From: Tubiluchus corallicola
Lineage: Eukaryota; Animalia; Priapulida
NCBI GenBank assembly: GCA_030141605.1
Contig: JAQGDQ010000232.1
Coordinates: forward strand, 186,001-250,000
Direction of reading: 5' to 3'
Length of the DNA stretch: 64,000 nucleotides
The notes under the pieces are model-generated. The model did not search any database. It saw only the letters and a list, made by a program, of their open reading frames with translations, and was not told the origin of the DNA. The position numbers and the translations under genes were made by a program. Positions 1-26,000 of the stretch are shown piece by piece (position 1 is the first letter of the stretch; every line of letters begins with the position of its first letter).

Positions 1-1012
1 AATCGTCGTTTAAATTAAACCTTTAGAAACACTTTGGATACCCCCGAAAGCACCACGCTAAAAACTCCCATAAAAACTGTCAACTAGGATTCGATTTTTT
101 TCTTTACGTTTTTCTCGGTGAAAACACTTGGTAAAAAATAATAAGCTTTAACACAGAATTTCATAGGCTTTCTACTCCTTACAACATGGTAAAGTTTGTT
201 GCAATAATCGTAAAACTTGCAGGTGCGCATTAGACCGGACACTGGCGGTTGGTTGGTGGTAGGTAAATTTTACTGATTGTTTTTCAACTACAATTTATTT
301 AATATTAGCCATCATTGGTTGATATTTAGTATATACACATAGTATAGACAAGAATTCTACCTTCAAAACCACAGAACGATATGCCTAAATGAATGTTCTA
401 AGAGCGGTAAGGGCCGCAATGCTTAGGTGCGAGCTATGACTAGACGGCATGCTATAATTACTAATAAACAGATCATTTCACTTGTAATATTTGTGCTTGA
501 AGGTGATCGCAGTCGATGTAATTTTTTTTATTTTGCTGTACTTACATAATACTAACTTTTATTACCAAGTGACTTGCATTATCATAACTTTGTGAAGAGA
601 CTTATGAAATGATGTTGTAAGAATTAAGACTTAAAAACGTCCCATGCAGTTTAGGGGCAATATTAATACCTGTCGTCCTCTCAAAGTCACTAAACATTCC
701 AAATTTCGATACTGTTGAATTTGAAGTTAAATGGGTTGAAATTAAATGGATGGAAAAAGGACAGTTGAGAAACAAAAATGTTCAGCATTTTGTTGCGGTA
801 AATATTAGTTACAGGAAACCAGCTTCAAATGTTTTTCTTTCTTGCTAATGAAAGCCTCGTGCTATTGCTAATGTACAGCCACAGCATCCACATGCATTGT
901 TTACAGCGTTTGTTTTGCCATCTACTAGCTGATTATTTAACTAACACAATAATGCACAAACAGCTTAATGCAACATGTGATAAAATTCATCTAAGCATTT
1001 GAAGAAATTTAC

Positions 1013-4000
1013 CTTGTAAAGCGTTGATATGAACAACACAGCTTGATCATTCAGCAAAAATATAAGCCATGCTGTCCAGAATTCTCTGGTCTTTAGCGCC
1101 TGTTTTGGATGAATAAAAAGACCTTCATGTAGTTCTTCGTCTAAAGCACACAATCTGCTGCTCAGACTAGGTCGAGCTCCGGCTCTAACTAATGGAGTTT
1201 GTTCGGCCTAAAATAAAAAATACAGCTCATTAAAACGAACTTTTATAATTTGTTACGAGAGTTATATACTTGAAGAACTGAAAAACAGGCACAAAAGTTT
1301 TTCTCTAAATGCAAGACTGGGATGAGCAAAAACATATTTCACGTAACTACTAACTAGTTCATGTAGGTAGGTGGGTGATCAAGTTGATAGGACCTAAGTC
1401 CACTCCTAGAAAATGTGAAGATGAAAGACCTAAGCTTTGTTCAAGCGAAAGACTTCCGCTATTTCATTCCAACAAAACCTTGTTGGCTCAGCGTGTAAAG
1501 CACCTGCTTTGTAAGTAGGAGACACCTTATTCAAGTTCTTGTCCTGGAAATATTTTTGCATTACTTTCGCTTCGTTCCAGTCACAGGAAATCAGTAGCTT
1601 AATATGTTCTTTTTACGACCCAAGAAATATATGACTAGCACATACACTACATGTTTTTTTTTGCTAAAAGCATTGAAAAGCTGAAACAGTAATTTAAAAA
1701 AAAACGCTTAAAATCGTTTATTAATCACGTTCTGGAAGAGTGTTCTTTTAATTTTTCAATGTTTTTTCGCCTCAAATAAGATACACATGCAGCCTTGCAC
1801 AGGGACGTTTTTATAGTCTTACGAATTCAAAATTTAAAAAAATCATTTTGTTTGTTATAAAAAAGATTAGTTGCCTTTTTATACAGTTTGACATTCAACA
1901 GGTTAGCATCCACCACTCACAACAAGGCGTACTTAATGTAGACGGTGAGGGCGGGACAGGAACCCAAATAATTACCTAAGTTAACTTTCCAATATGATAC
2001 ACTGAACCGACTGGGGTGTCTTAGCCTATCAATGCATCTTCCCACAAGTTAAATACCAGACACTCATATGCAGTTCTTTTGACAGTCATCCATCAATTAA
2101 CTGACCTCATTTAGTATTACTTAACTTTGGTCGATAAAAACAAACCATTTAGATAATCCCTCGGCCAGAAGAATGCGAAGTTCAGTTAGTCCTAATCTGC
2201 ACTAAAAATTGAAAAAAATGAGGAAAACAGTGGGAGGTTGTAAGAAATGTTGGAAAATGAAAGTTGGTAATATAAAACGACAAATCAATGAACTGATAAA
2301 AACTAAAAAGAATAAAAGAAGCAAATTGGAATAAAGTGTAAAACGGAGTGAAAAAGACAGAAAGAATGAATGTTGGCAATAATCAGGAAAAGGTAAAGAA
2401 AAGAAGGAGATGATGAAAAAAGGAAAAAACATAAAGAACCCAACGAACCATGTCCACGTGATGCGTCGGTGGTGTTGACAACAGCAATCCTGCAATGAGC
2501 ACCATTGCTGCATAAATACATCCAAAAACCAAAAAACACCATGGAACTTTATCTAAGAGACTGTCTTCACAAAAATACCTAGATATATTAGATATGTAGA
2601 TAAATAATTATTGTGTAGCAGAGCGGGACGTACGAACTTTTTTTGAAAAGGCAAATTTTATTATATTAAATCATTAGTTAGACCAGTGCGCAGCGAGCCA
2701 ACATTTTTTGTTACTAATATGCTGGCGTCATCTGTTGAACTGTATGCGAAATAGCCTTCTTACAAGATACCATCGCCATCAATATCACAGTCTGGACTTC
2801 GATTTTCTGGGTTAATGAAAGCCGTGTGTAGCTGAACGAATAATATAGAAGATCCTCCAAATCCAGCAACAATTATGCCTGAGATAAATCCCTTGTTACC
2901 ACTAAACCACTGAAAAAACAATATCTAAAGTAAGTTTGATGTTCATTGGCATGGTTAAGTACTATTAATTCTTACAATTGCTACGTCATCTTCACTAACA
3001 CGAATTAACGTTTAGTCGTCATTATCATTTCGAAATTTTTATTTTAATTACGGTAGATTATAATTTTTCCTTATTTTTATGTTATTATAATTATCAGAAT
3101 ACCGTTGTCATCATTAACAACAGCATCGTCATCATCACCATCACCGTCGTCGTCATTGTACCATCCACTCCAGTAACTTTTTTATGAAAAAATAAACGAT
3201 ATGCATAATAAAATAAACAAACCTTCATCGCACAGTGTAACGGAGGCGCATAGGCTATTCCTACACCTGCGCCAAATAGAAATCCATTTGTGAAAAAGAC
3301 CAAACCAAATGAAGTGTCCAAAGCTAAGTACGTCAACGCAAAGCCACCGCTAAACAAGCAGAAGAAACTCGTATTGTTCAAGTTTTGTTAACCAGCTTTT
3401 ATGTGTAAAAAATCTAAAACTCGTCACTCACAAGTATTAGAATGTGGAAAATGGTTTGAACGGTTTCGATTTAAGATAGTCGAAATATGTTTATGATATT
3501 TGATTATTCCATACCATTAAGTACATGCATGTACAATATATGTTAACATATGTACTTTAACATCCGTCTAAGACACATTCCCATTTCAGTGTCTCATCTC
3601 AGAGGAATTTTCCTTGATTATTAATTAGATTCCGGTCCTGCTACAGTAATTGACATTAGTAGGTTATTGTACTAAGCTGAGCTAAGTGTTTAGCGGCTTG
3701 CAGTGTGCCAAACTATGCAGAAAAGGAACTGAGACGAAAATATGTTAATTGGCTGAATTGCCATCAAATGAATTACCATTTGGTAAAAACTGTTGTCATT
3801 ATACTCATGCCCATAACACACCGCAAATGCGAGCCCGTTCGCACGCACGCACACACGCACAAATAAATGTGTGCACGCACTCAGGCGCGCGGTTTTTCTT
3901 GAATGAATGAAGTAATTTTGAAGTAATTTTTTAGTAAACTTAGAAATTTTGCCTAACGAAAGATGATCTGATAACATGCTCAAAAGATAAAAGTGGAGCA

Positions 4001-4826
4001 ACAAAAAATCAAGTGTGCACTATGCACATGTGCTCTTGGAACCCAAATCTTAGCTTGTTTTTTCAAAAAATTATACGTAGTACTAAAGGTTGATTTTTAG
4101 CAATGTGAAATAAAATTTTGTTAAGGTTCCTTATGTTCATTGTTTTGCAGCCGTTTTAACTGAGGCAGTGATTGCAAATATGGAGTTACACGTTATCGCG
4201 TACCTTGTAATTAGCCCACCCAAAACACTGGTCCACCTTGGTCCAATCTTGTGTTCCAGAAGGCCTCCAGCAAACATGAATGTTCCTTGACCACACACGG
4301 CCAAGGCGAAAATCCAGGCGGCATCAGGATAAGTTGCTGATGTAGAATGACCACGTACTTTGGCGTAAGAAACCACGTAAGGTATTAAATTGCCTGTAAC
4401 AAAGCGAGGGGAATTAAACGTGAATTTAATATAGCAAAGTGCCAAAGCTTTTACTTAATTAAAAGTATATATATATATACATATAGATATATATATATAT
4501 ATACTAGGCACAATCGTTTGTAATCTGACGGAGAAAAATAAATTTGAATTCAATTTAATTCACTTCAGCGAACATTTACTTTGAGATCGGAGCAAAGCGT
4601 ATAATTTAATGATAATTATAAGTGAATTAATTAATTAATGGATTGTTGTAACCACATCCCATCAACTATATCCAAATATACAATTATCGGCAAAACTGAT
4701 ATAAAATTTACCCATTTGACATTTTCAGTCATTTTGTAAATGCTTACCGAAGGAGTACATGCTACCAAGAGTAAAGTGAAGCAGAAAACCTCCCAAAACG
4801 GTGAGGTATCCTTTAAATTTCGTCAT
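1013..4826 (-). CDS. MFS transporter, oxalate:formate antiporter/monocarboxylate-like (N-terminal 6 coding exons; gene continues toward and past the left edge)
   Basis: GT-AG exons in consistent phase: 4826-4748 (MTKFKGYLTVLGGFLLHFTLGSMYSFG), 4393-4204 (NLIPYVVSY...GGLLEHKIGPRW), 3349-3223 (GFLFGAGVGIAYAPPLHCAMK), 2909-2764 (WFSGNKGFISGIIVAGFGGSS), 2578-~2449, 1207-1013 (PKQALKTREFW). Hydrophobic helices and motifs fit this MFS family. An acceptor just before 4836 implies an upstream 5'UTR exon. Confidence 0.88.
1477..1548 (+). pseudogene. Degenerate tRNA-Thr(TGT)-like sequence (tRNA pseudogene or SINE head) in an MFS intron
   Basis: A-box-like TTGGCTCAGCGTGTAAAGCA, anticodon arm CCTGC-TTTGTAA-GTAGG, decayed B box (TTCAAGT); the acceptor stem does not pair. 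Confidence 0.5.
1925..2135 (-). mobile_element. 5S rRNA-derived SINE (SINE3-like), old copy
   Basis: Minus strand reads CGACCAAAGTTAAGTAA...GGTCAGTTAATTGATGGATGACT (5S internal control region-like). Its body aligns by eye with 43600-43790 and 58310-58500. Confidence 0.6.
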
Positions 4827-4935
4827 GGTGTCACACCTTGGAAAAACGAAAAGCACTTCGTCAATTATAATGAAATCTTAGATAACAAATTTACTTGGAG
4901 TTTACATCTTTGGCGCTAAACATCTTAATACACAT

Positions 4936-5055
4936 CAGTGCTAATTGTAATAATCAGCTGTGTGATCACAGCGTGATTATTGACTAAAGTTAAGCAAAGG
5001 AATTCTGAACTTGGTAAATAAATGGATGGGTGACCACGGGAAAAACCCTTTCGTG
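4936..5055 (+). mobile_element. 5S rRNA-derived SINE head
   Basis: TGACTAAAGTTAAGCA...GGATGGGTGACC resembles the 5S A box and C box. The upstream segment matches 43560-43600. Confidence 0.55.
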
Positions 5056-6140
5056 CGGTTTCATCTCCAAACAATTTGCCTTTTCAGTTGCCAAGGAACT
5101 AATACCTTTGCGGCTCACCGTCTCATCTTAAAGCTTCGCTGTGGATAGTTAGCTAGTTTTCACTTCCACCACAACCATTCTGCGTGTAAAGTGTTGAGTG
5201 GCATTAAATTTGTAAAAACAAAATTTACGCCAAGTTTACAATAGCTATACGTGAACAGTTATTTTACAATTTCTTCATGTATCGCAGTTGAGTCTACAAA
5301 TAAGTCTCGTTTCGTGTATATAACTAATAATACAAGACAAATAAATATACAGGTATGTACAGAAAGGTAAACTAGCGTAAGAAAGAGCAAGAGGGAGTAG
5401 AAGGCGGCTTTCAATTTCAAGAAAGGAAAAGCAAAAAACAACAAAACAAACTCCAGCAATGGAAAATATATGGCTGAATAACTTATCCAAAAATCTTAAT
5501 AAGTGAGAACACTATGGTGTTACTTACCCACAGGAAAAATAAATAAAAGTTACTTATCACTTATCCTAAGCACTATCACGATGCAGGAATATCGTGCTAT
5601 CACGATGCTGATGTTTAGGCTAATAGTCAGAAATCACAATTCTTCACCTATACGAAGTGCTAAAATAGTCACACTTCGCCCCACAAACATCACAAGATTG
5701 TCTTATTTAACAGTTAGTTTAGTAAGTGCAATAAACTTTCACCGATAGAACGACCGGCAGGTAAAATGTTACTACTCTGCATGCAACGCTGATCGTGGTT
5801 GCGCGTATGCGTGTGCGTGTGAGTGTGATCAAGCTATGTAGGAGTTGCACGAGCAAAAACAATAACGGCACATTTTCGTGATTGTTTACTAATAGTTTAC
5901 CGCAGCTAGCAAAGCTTCCAGAAAGAGAAAGCCTGATTATCGTTTATTCATTTAAAAATTGTTTATAGTTTAAATACCATTTTCTTATGGAACACGCATT
6001 ACAGACTCTACAATAACAGCCTGGCTTTGCAAATGTCTCATATACTTTTTGGGTGAAAGCACGCAGTTTATGACGTATTCTTAGACGAATTTATTTGTAT
6101 AGACCTAATTACTAATTAGAGTGGTTTGCATATCTGCCTT

Positions 6141-6242
6141 CAGGGCCGGCCTTAGGTAATTGGAGGCCCTAGGCGAGGTGAATTTGGTGGCCTCAAATGA
6201 AATAGAAAAATAAAAAATAAATACGAAAAAAATAAAATTACG

Positions 6243-6337
<95 letters not shown>

Positions 6338-6443
6338 CAGTATGTTCGCATAAAGCAAAAAAATGTTACCTCGGCGTGAGGCCCCCCTGGAGGGCGAGGC
6401 CCTAGGTGGTTGCCTAGTTTGCCTATGCTTAAGGCCGGCCCTG
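6141..6443. mobile_element. MITE (non-autonomous DNA transposon, hAT/P-like termini) with internal (GA)n
   Basis: Perfect 14-bp TIR CAGGGCCGGCCTTA at both ends; 7-bp direct repeat CTGCCTT at 6134-6140 and 6444-6450. Confidence 0.9.
6246..6336. repeat. (GA)n microsatellite
   Basis: About 45 perfect GA units. Confidence 0.98.
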
Positions 6444-8756
6444 CTGCCTTATCAGGTTTGCGTTGATTGCTAATATTGCAGCTAGGAGTAGGCAAGTGCC
6501 TGACGCTGTGAAACTAGTTTTATACACCCCCAGAAGGAATCTTGAAGGTCTACATACCAGTCGGAACTTAGAAATATTATATACATGCTCAGTGAAGAGT
6601 TGACTTCCCCGAATAGGGTGCTGATGTAGTAACCTTCTGCTTTGTTTATTTCCAGTTTCTTATTGCTATTACATACTTCGTTATTAGATTTTCATAAAGT
6701 TGTTTGATGAACGTGTCACTTCTGTGTTTGAATTCTGTTGCATGCATGGCAGCTACTATGTAAAACCGGTTTCATAGTTTTTATTTAATTTTTATTTTTG
6801 TCACAAGGTACACTGACACAAACCTTTTTCAAACCACGAAAAATCCTAATCTAGTTCGACAGGACAGCATGATTTGCATGACCCCAAATTTTAAAACAAC
6901 AAGGTTAAACAAAAATATATATTAATTATATATTTTTGGTTATATTTATTATAAACAAAAAATTTACAATATTTGAACTTCAGAAAGTGTATTACTCTGT
7001 AATTATATCGTTCGAGCGTACCTTAACATTGCAGAATGAAAAGAAGGAAGGATATACACAGGAAATCACATATTAAAAAATCTATGGGCTAGTAAAATCA
7101 CTTACGCAAAATTTGAAACTGGTCGCTAACGTCATGCACAAAACATTTATCTTGGATTTAAAGTGAATGGCCACATTATTCGGGCGCATACTATTCTAGT
7201 GGAATATATGTTATGAGTAATCAAAGATGAACAGAAAATATAATAAATAATTTTTGTAGTATTATGTTTGCGTATTATGTTAGCATATAGTATTTTTATA
7301 TTCTGTTTGTTTTTGACAATTTTATTTTGCTCGTCTCGCAAAAATGCCAATTCTTCGTTCTCTAAGAAAAGTAGGCCTACTTATTTTTTGTTTTAAGGAG
7401 ACATAAGTAATAACTATGTCGATCAAAAAGTAGAAGATCATAAAATCTAGCAATTGTAAGGAGATGTACGTAGTCCGAATTTCAGCCCAGGTGGTTTACA
7501 TCACAGAAGCCTCAAGCTTTTAGTTCGAATGCTAATGTTGGGACATGTACATTTATTTATTGTTAAAACTCAACATACGCGGTATGCGTTGCTTGTGCGA
7601 CACGTCTTTCGTAGATATTTTTAAAAGTGCAAGTTAGTCGCTAAACACATTAATATTGCAGTTTACATTAACTGATAAATGGGCGACTTTAAATAGATGT
7701 TGTCTTTGCCTTATCAATCTTAAAAACTCACTAGACATGAAACAAGGAATAGGGCGGTACAACAGCTAGGGTTTTCACACAGATAAACTTAATGAAAACG
7801 TACCTTGCTCGCCGTTATTCCTGTCACTAATGCCGATTGAAGAGTGTTGTCTGCATATATTGTACCATAATTAAAAAGGATACGATATAAGTAATGAAAT
7901 CACACAGTAACTTTTATTATATGAACGAAAATTTTTTATCCAAAGAACTTATTCTAAGTTTACAGTCACATGCATGATAGATACATTGACCCTTTGTAAA
8001 TAATTGAAGTATGCTGGCTTGCGTGACTTTGCACTACTGTTTACTTATACTATAACCTCGCATTGGTTTAATCTAGGTATATTCCAGTTTGAGTCAAAAC
8101 TTGATTTAGCCTTTCCTTAATGCCATACTATGGGCATGATATCTCAACTATCCAATAACCTGACCATGTTACCCATACGTGTCAAACGAAGAGCAGAATT
8201 TTAAGGCAAGACAAGTAGAAAGCTTCGGGAAGCCCTGTAAGCTCCAAAGCACTAATGGTCAAATGCAGTATCTGCGATCAGTGATCTTTTTGTGAGCAGA
8301 AAATGGAGTGTTCTGTGTTCAGAAATGCTCAACTTCAGGTATTACCATGGAAAGTTAAAACCTTCGATCTATAGAAACTCCAAATGTTCCACGTCCGAAA
8401 GTACGAAATTTTACCTTGCTAAAACATTGAAAGTGTATCTTTAAGTGTGAAAATTAAGTATAAAGATGAAATTTATGGGTCTGCATTTCGACATTGTGAT
8501 TATTTCTTGCACGGTGACTTTTTACTTCAAATATTTTATGAATATTAAAATCAATTTTGCATTTAGACAAGGTAATTATTTCTGGTATGCTTTTTTACTT
8601 TAAGTATTTTATTAATATACTATCAATAAGTTTGAATGATACTGCTTACAGAAAATTCGATGGTACAAGAATAAAAAACAAGTGATTGTGACTTGAGAGA
8701 ATGCGAAAGATTGGTATCATTGCAATAATTAAGATTTTCGAGTTTGTGTGGGCTAT

Positions 8757-8767
8757 ACACACACACA

Positions 8768-8828
<61 letters not shown>

Positions 8829-8833
8829 ACACA
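8757..8833. repeat. (CA)n/(CACG)n compound microsatellite
   Basis: Directly visible. Confidence 0.97.
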
Positions 8834-9231
8834 TATATATTTCTATGGTTTTAAGCAAGTCATTACTAGATGCTTCTTGATTTGCTCTGACCATCGAATC
8901 TGTTCATTTAAGTGTAGTGGCAGATTAAGTAACTAATCACTAAACAGCTGTAAGCTGTCTTACTTAAGAGAAATGCCAGACAAAGCAGACAAACTGTGTG
9001 ATGCGACCTTACAGTTTGGAATGTAATAAACTAACTGACTTAACTTGATTAGGGATAAGTTAATGTGATCTATTTTATGTGCGTGTTAAACAGTAATAAA
9101 CACTTTAACCTTAATTTATGCCAAAATAATTATTAGATCATAGTTTGTAATTTAGACAAACGTGTCCATCGAACTGAGTAAAGAAAGTCGAGTTGAATAA
9201 TAACTGCATGGTATAAATCCTACTGTATCAA

Positions 9232-9244
9232 TTTTCCCGCCAAA
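9232..9244 (+). promoter_or_regulatory. E2F binding site in the MCM6 promoter
   Basis: TTTTCCCGCCAAA matches the E2F consensus TTTSSCGC, 120 bp upstream of the MCM6 ATG. MCM genes are established E2F targets. Confidence 0.75.
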
Positions 9245-9363
9245 CCATTCATTCGTAAGTGCATAACTTCTGAAACAGTTGTTGCACTTTTGAGTAGTTT
9301 TCTTTTCATAGATAACTAATGGTTTTACTTTTTCGTTAATACTTTTACTCATTTAGAAACGTA

Positions 9364-22666
<13,303 letters not shown>

Positions 22667-23009
22667 CTATTTTGCTGAGAACAGAAACACGTAGTATGAT
22701 TTCCACATTTCCACAAAACAATGTTGAAAAAGATCTATTTAAATAGTATATGCATGTGCGGAGTTAATAAGGATCATATAGGTTCATGCCAGTATGCCCA
22801 TGTATGTCAGTACGTCCCATTTCAGAATGATAATGTATCAAGTTGATGTCACCAATATTGCAGCCTGCTAGCAATGTGACGAATTGAAGGCTAATCTAAG
22901 ACTGACTGCAAATAATATTGATTGATTAATCAGTATTATTGTTTTTTCTAAAATTTCTTCATAGTCGCATGCCAGACTTTAAAAGATTAATTTAGCCACT
23001 GTGTATATA

Positions 23010-23015
23010 AATAAA
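23010..23015 (+). terminator. Candidate polyadenylation signal of MCM6
   Basis: AATAAA about 345 nt after the stop, followed by a GT/T-rich stretch. Confidence 0.5.
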
Positions 23016-26000
23016 TATATAAAAGCTTTTCTATTTGTTCTGTTTGTTTAGTAATATTAAAACTTCGCATTTGAAATGAGTTAAACCGTCTATTGGAAGT
23101 TTGTGCAGTGCATGTATAAAGAATTTAGTTAGAAAAATCTTTATTTAATTCACCTTACATCAGTGATAAGCGTGTACATGTAAATCTTTCATTACTGGTG
23201 TAGCTTTGTGATGGCTGTACTATTGTTTGCCTCCTGTACTGTTTGCCTCAGTATTTATGATTTAACACTTCATTTTGTGTTTCATAGCACAGGATTAGTT
23301 TTCAAAGTCCACAGCAGATCTTAAGTGAATTAGCATAGGTGACTTAGTCCTAAATTGGCTTTACAAAGCTGTACCATTGACGCATATTGTTTGTGTGTGG
23401 ACAGATAAATTTTAGCAAAGCAGAGAATTGTTTGCTGAAGTCCATTCAAAATCTTAAAGCTACCAAAGTGCAGTTCAAGGTTCATTCAAAGTCATTAACG
23501 CTGGCTTGTATAATTACTAATTTATTATCATTAATTTAAGTTTTGCTTTAAACTTATGTTTTTTGCCACAAGCATACCGTTCTAAGTTTTAATGCATTTT
23601 CGACTCTGTAAAGCCTCCACACTGTTGCTAAGTTTTCTTGGCTCCTGCCTCCCAATTTATCTAAGGTGATTAAAATATGTTTGACTTTATCTGTTATCTG
23701 TTCATTAAAATTTCTGGTAACACGTGCAGTATAATTTTTATGACAAACTAGCTGTCAAAGTTTCTATTGCAAATTTATTTAATAAATGATTATTTTATTT
23801 ACAAAGTGCAAATGTACATGCATGAGTTCCCTGGTCTATGATTGTGGTACGGCAGTTTGCCGATTCTTTTATTGGTGTCAGTGACCTCAACAAGCTAAAT
23901 TATGTATCAACTCTGTCACCAGGCTGGCTTTTATTGGTGTAGTTGGGTATAGTTTTTTTGTAGGCTGCGTATACGATAGAGGGAAAATATTGATTACAAA
24001 TGCGGAAGTGTATTTGCCCTGACTTTTTTGCTATTGTAGATCATGTTAGATGTAAAATGTTTTTTATTTTAGTATAACTTCCTTTTCATTTAAATGATTC
24101 TATATGTAGTCACTATATACATAGGAGCAAGGACGGTGTTGGTTTTATTTTAATCACGTGGCGGAAGGGAAAAGGGGTCAGACAAAATTATACTGCCATT
24201 CTTTCTGCCTGGTTAGTAAACTGTTAATAAGTTAATAAACTGCAAGTTCCATTTAGTACTTATTTCAGCCTTAAATGGAACGTTTGAAAGACAAGAGATG
24301 CAGCTGTTCCGTTTTTAGTAGTTCTGTTTTTTTAATGCTAAGAAGTGTTTGGAAGACACCAGTATGCTGTTAAGTGCAAAGGCATTTGAAAATTCGTTAG
24401 CGCCAAAATTTAGACTAGCTATTAATATACCTAGTCGGGAAGCAATTCTAGTTCATCTTTCTTATGTTTTTTTTGTTTATAGTTCTCTAAAGCTGTGACT
24501 GTAACGGATTTAGAGAATCCAGATTTACCAGATTTGTTGCGTGTCTCACCTTCGGCATTATCATCGTTTTAGAAACAGTAATTTTTTGTGCACGACGGGA
24601 CAGAATTAGTTCGTAATTCCACAGCAAGATTTTATGACATTTAGAAAGTAATTACAGTAAATGTGTGCGTTTGCAGAACGATAACTAAATCAACAAAGTA
24701 CAGCACTCTTTGGTGCGTGGCTAGAAGATTCAGCTGCTTAATTCGCTGTGCTACAAATACGTGTTAGAATGTGTTCGGATAATTAAGTTACATTTTTTGT
24801 GCATTTTGTGACAAGTTATCAAACGCCTCATTAGATTTTTTATTATATTGCGTGCTCACATTTACCATATAGCTTTTATGTTAGAATGAAAGCTAAACAT
24901 TTGCAGCGTGTTAATAAAAGTGCCAAGAATTTTACAAATCATTTGCTAAGAATACGTATCTGTATTTCATTAAAATATATGTATAATGCGATCGAGATTT
25001 TCCTTGTCGTTAAATGCGTCTCGTTGTCAAATAGTAGTAATTTCGTACACTATACCTTGTATTGCTTTGCCTAATCTATATGTGCTGCGTTAGGTGTGAA
25101 GCCCTGTTATGCATGTTTTCCATACAATGTTTATGTTATAATAAACAAAGGCAACCATCCCGACTTTCGCACTTTCTCTTGTTATGTATGTAAAGTCAGT
25201 GAACCCTGGCTGGTAGTGTGATCATTCTGCTCCATTAATTACATGTAATGGATGATTGTTGAGGTGAGGGGCAAAGTTGATGTAATAGGGACGGTGAATG
25301 TCCTTTTGTAACTAAGACACGCGCTCATAATGCTTTCGAAGAGCTTCATTTTACCGCTGCTTGGTATGACGGATTTACTCCCTTGGATCGCGTTGCATTA
25401 ATTGAAGAGCTGTTGTGCTACACAAAAATGTTCCCAGAGCATTAGAAATTTGTCGCATTATGAATTCCTTTTCATTTAAATGATTCACTATTTTTAGTTT
25501 AATTTTTGATTCACTGATTTAATAATTGATTAAGCTTTAAAATTTCGTGAACTGTTGCACATATTACTTTAGTTAATAATTGCTAATTCGGGCATGTGTT
25601 AAAGTAATGGTTACACAATTTTTTAGCTATTTTTTCTTTGAAACTATCAGTTGGCCATAAATAGTGATTAAAAGGATTTTTTACATTGATTTCTTGCATG
25701 AACTGATGGTTAATCGCAATTGATTCTGCTGTTTTGTTAAAACTTTTGATGTTTAAACGTTAAAACGTTTAAAACAATTAAGTGATGAAGCGGTTATTAA
25801 GTTTGTTTAAATGGACTGCTTTAATTTGTAGCAAACTTTTGCGACATTTAAGTCTGAAGCTTTTAGATGTGAGAAGAAATAAACTAATTTGCGGTCGATT
25901 TACTCGTGTTTTCAATCGCTGTGGGACAAAAGTAGGCCGACGCCTCGATGCCCACTCTTTTTCTCCTGACATCTTCACCAAGTGTTGATCAAAATTCAGT

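Noticed and set aside
361-384. Possible 24-nt MFS microexon (ag|GCATATCGTTCTGTGGTTTTGAAG|gt, AYRSVVLK) on the minus strand
   Set aside because: The phase fits, but there is no convincing family similarity and no downstream exon in the window to confirm it.
2182-2525. Overlapping Phe-rich ORFs
   Set aside because: Translations of a T-rich intron tract; only 2449-2578 in another frame is exonic.
2762-2770. GTATCTT as a U12-type donor in the MFS gene
   Set aside because: Wrong phase for the next exon; the adjacent GTAAG donor fits.
6152-6495. ORFs with LSLSLS repeats (similarly CVCV/HTHT at 8623-8936 and 44416-44861, and IYIY at 59210-59461)
   Set aside because: Translations of microsatellites.
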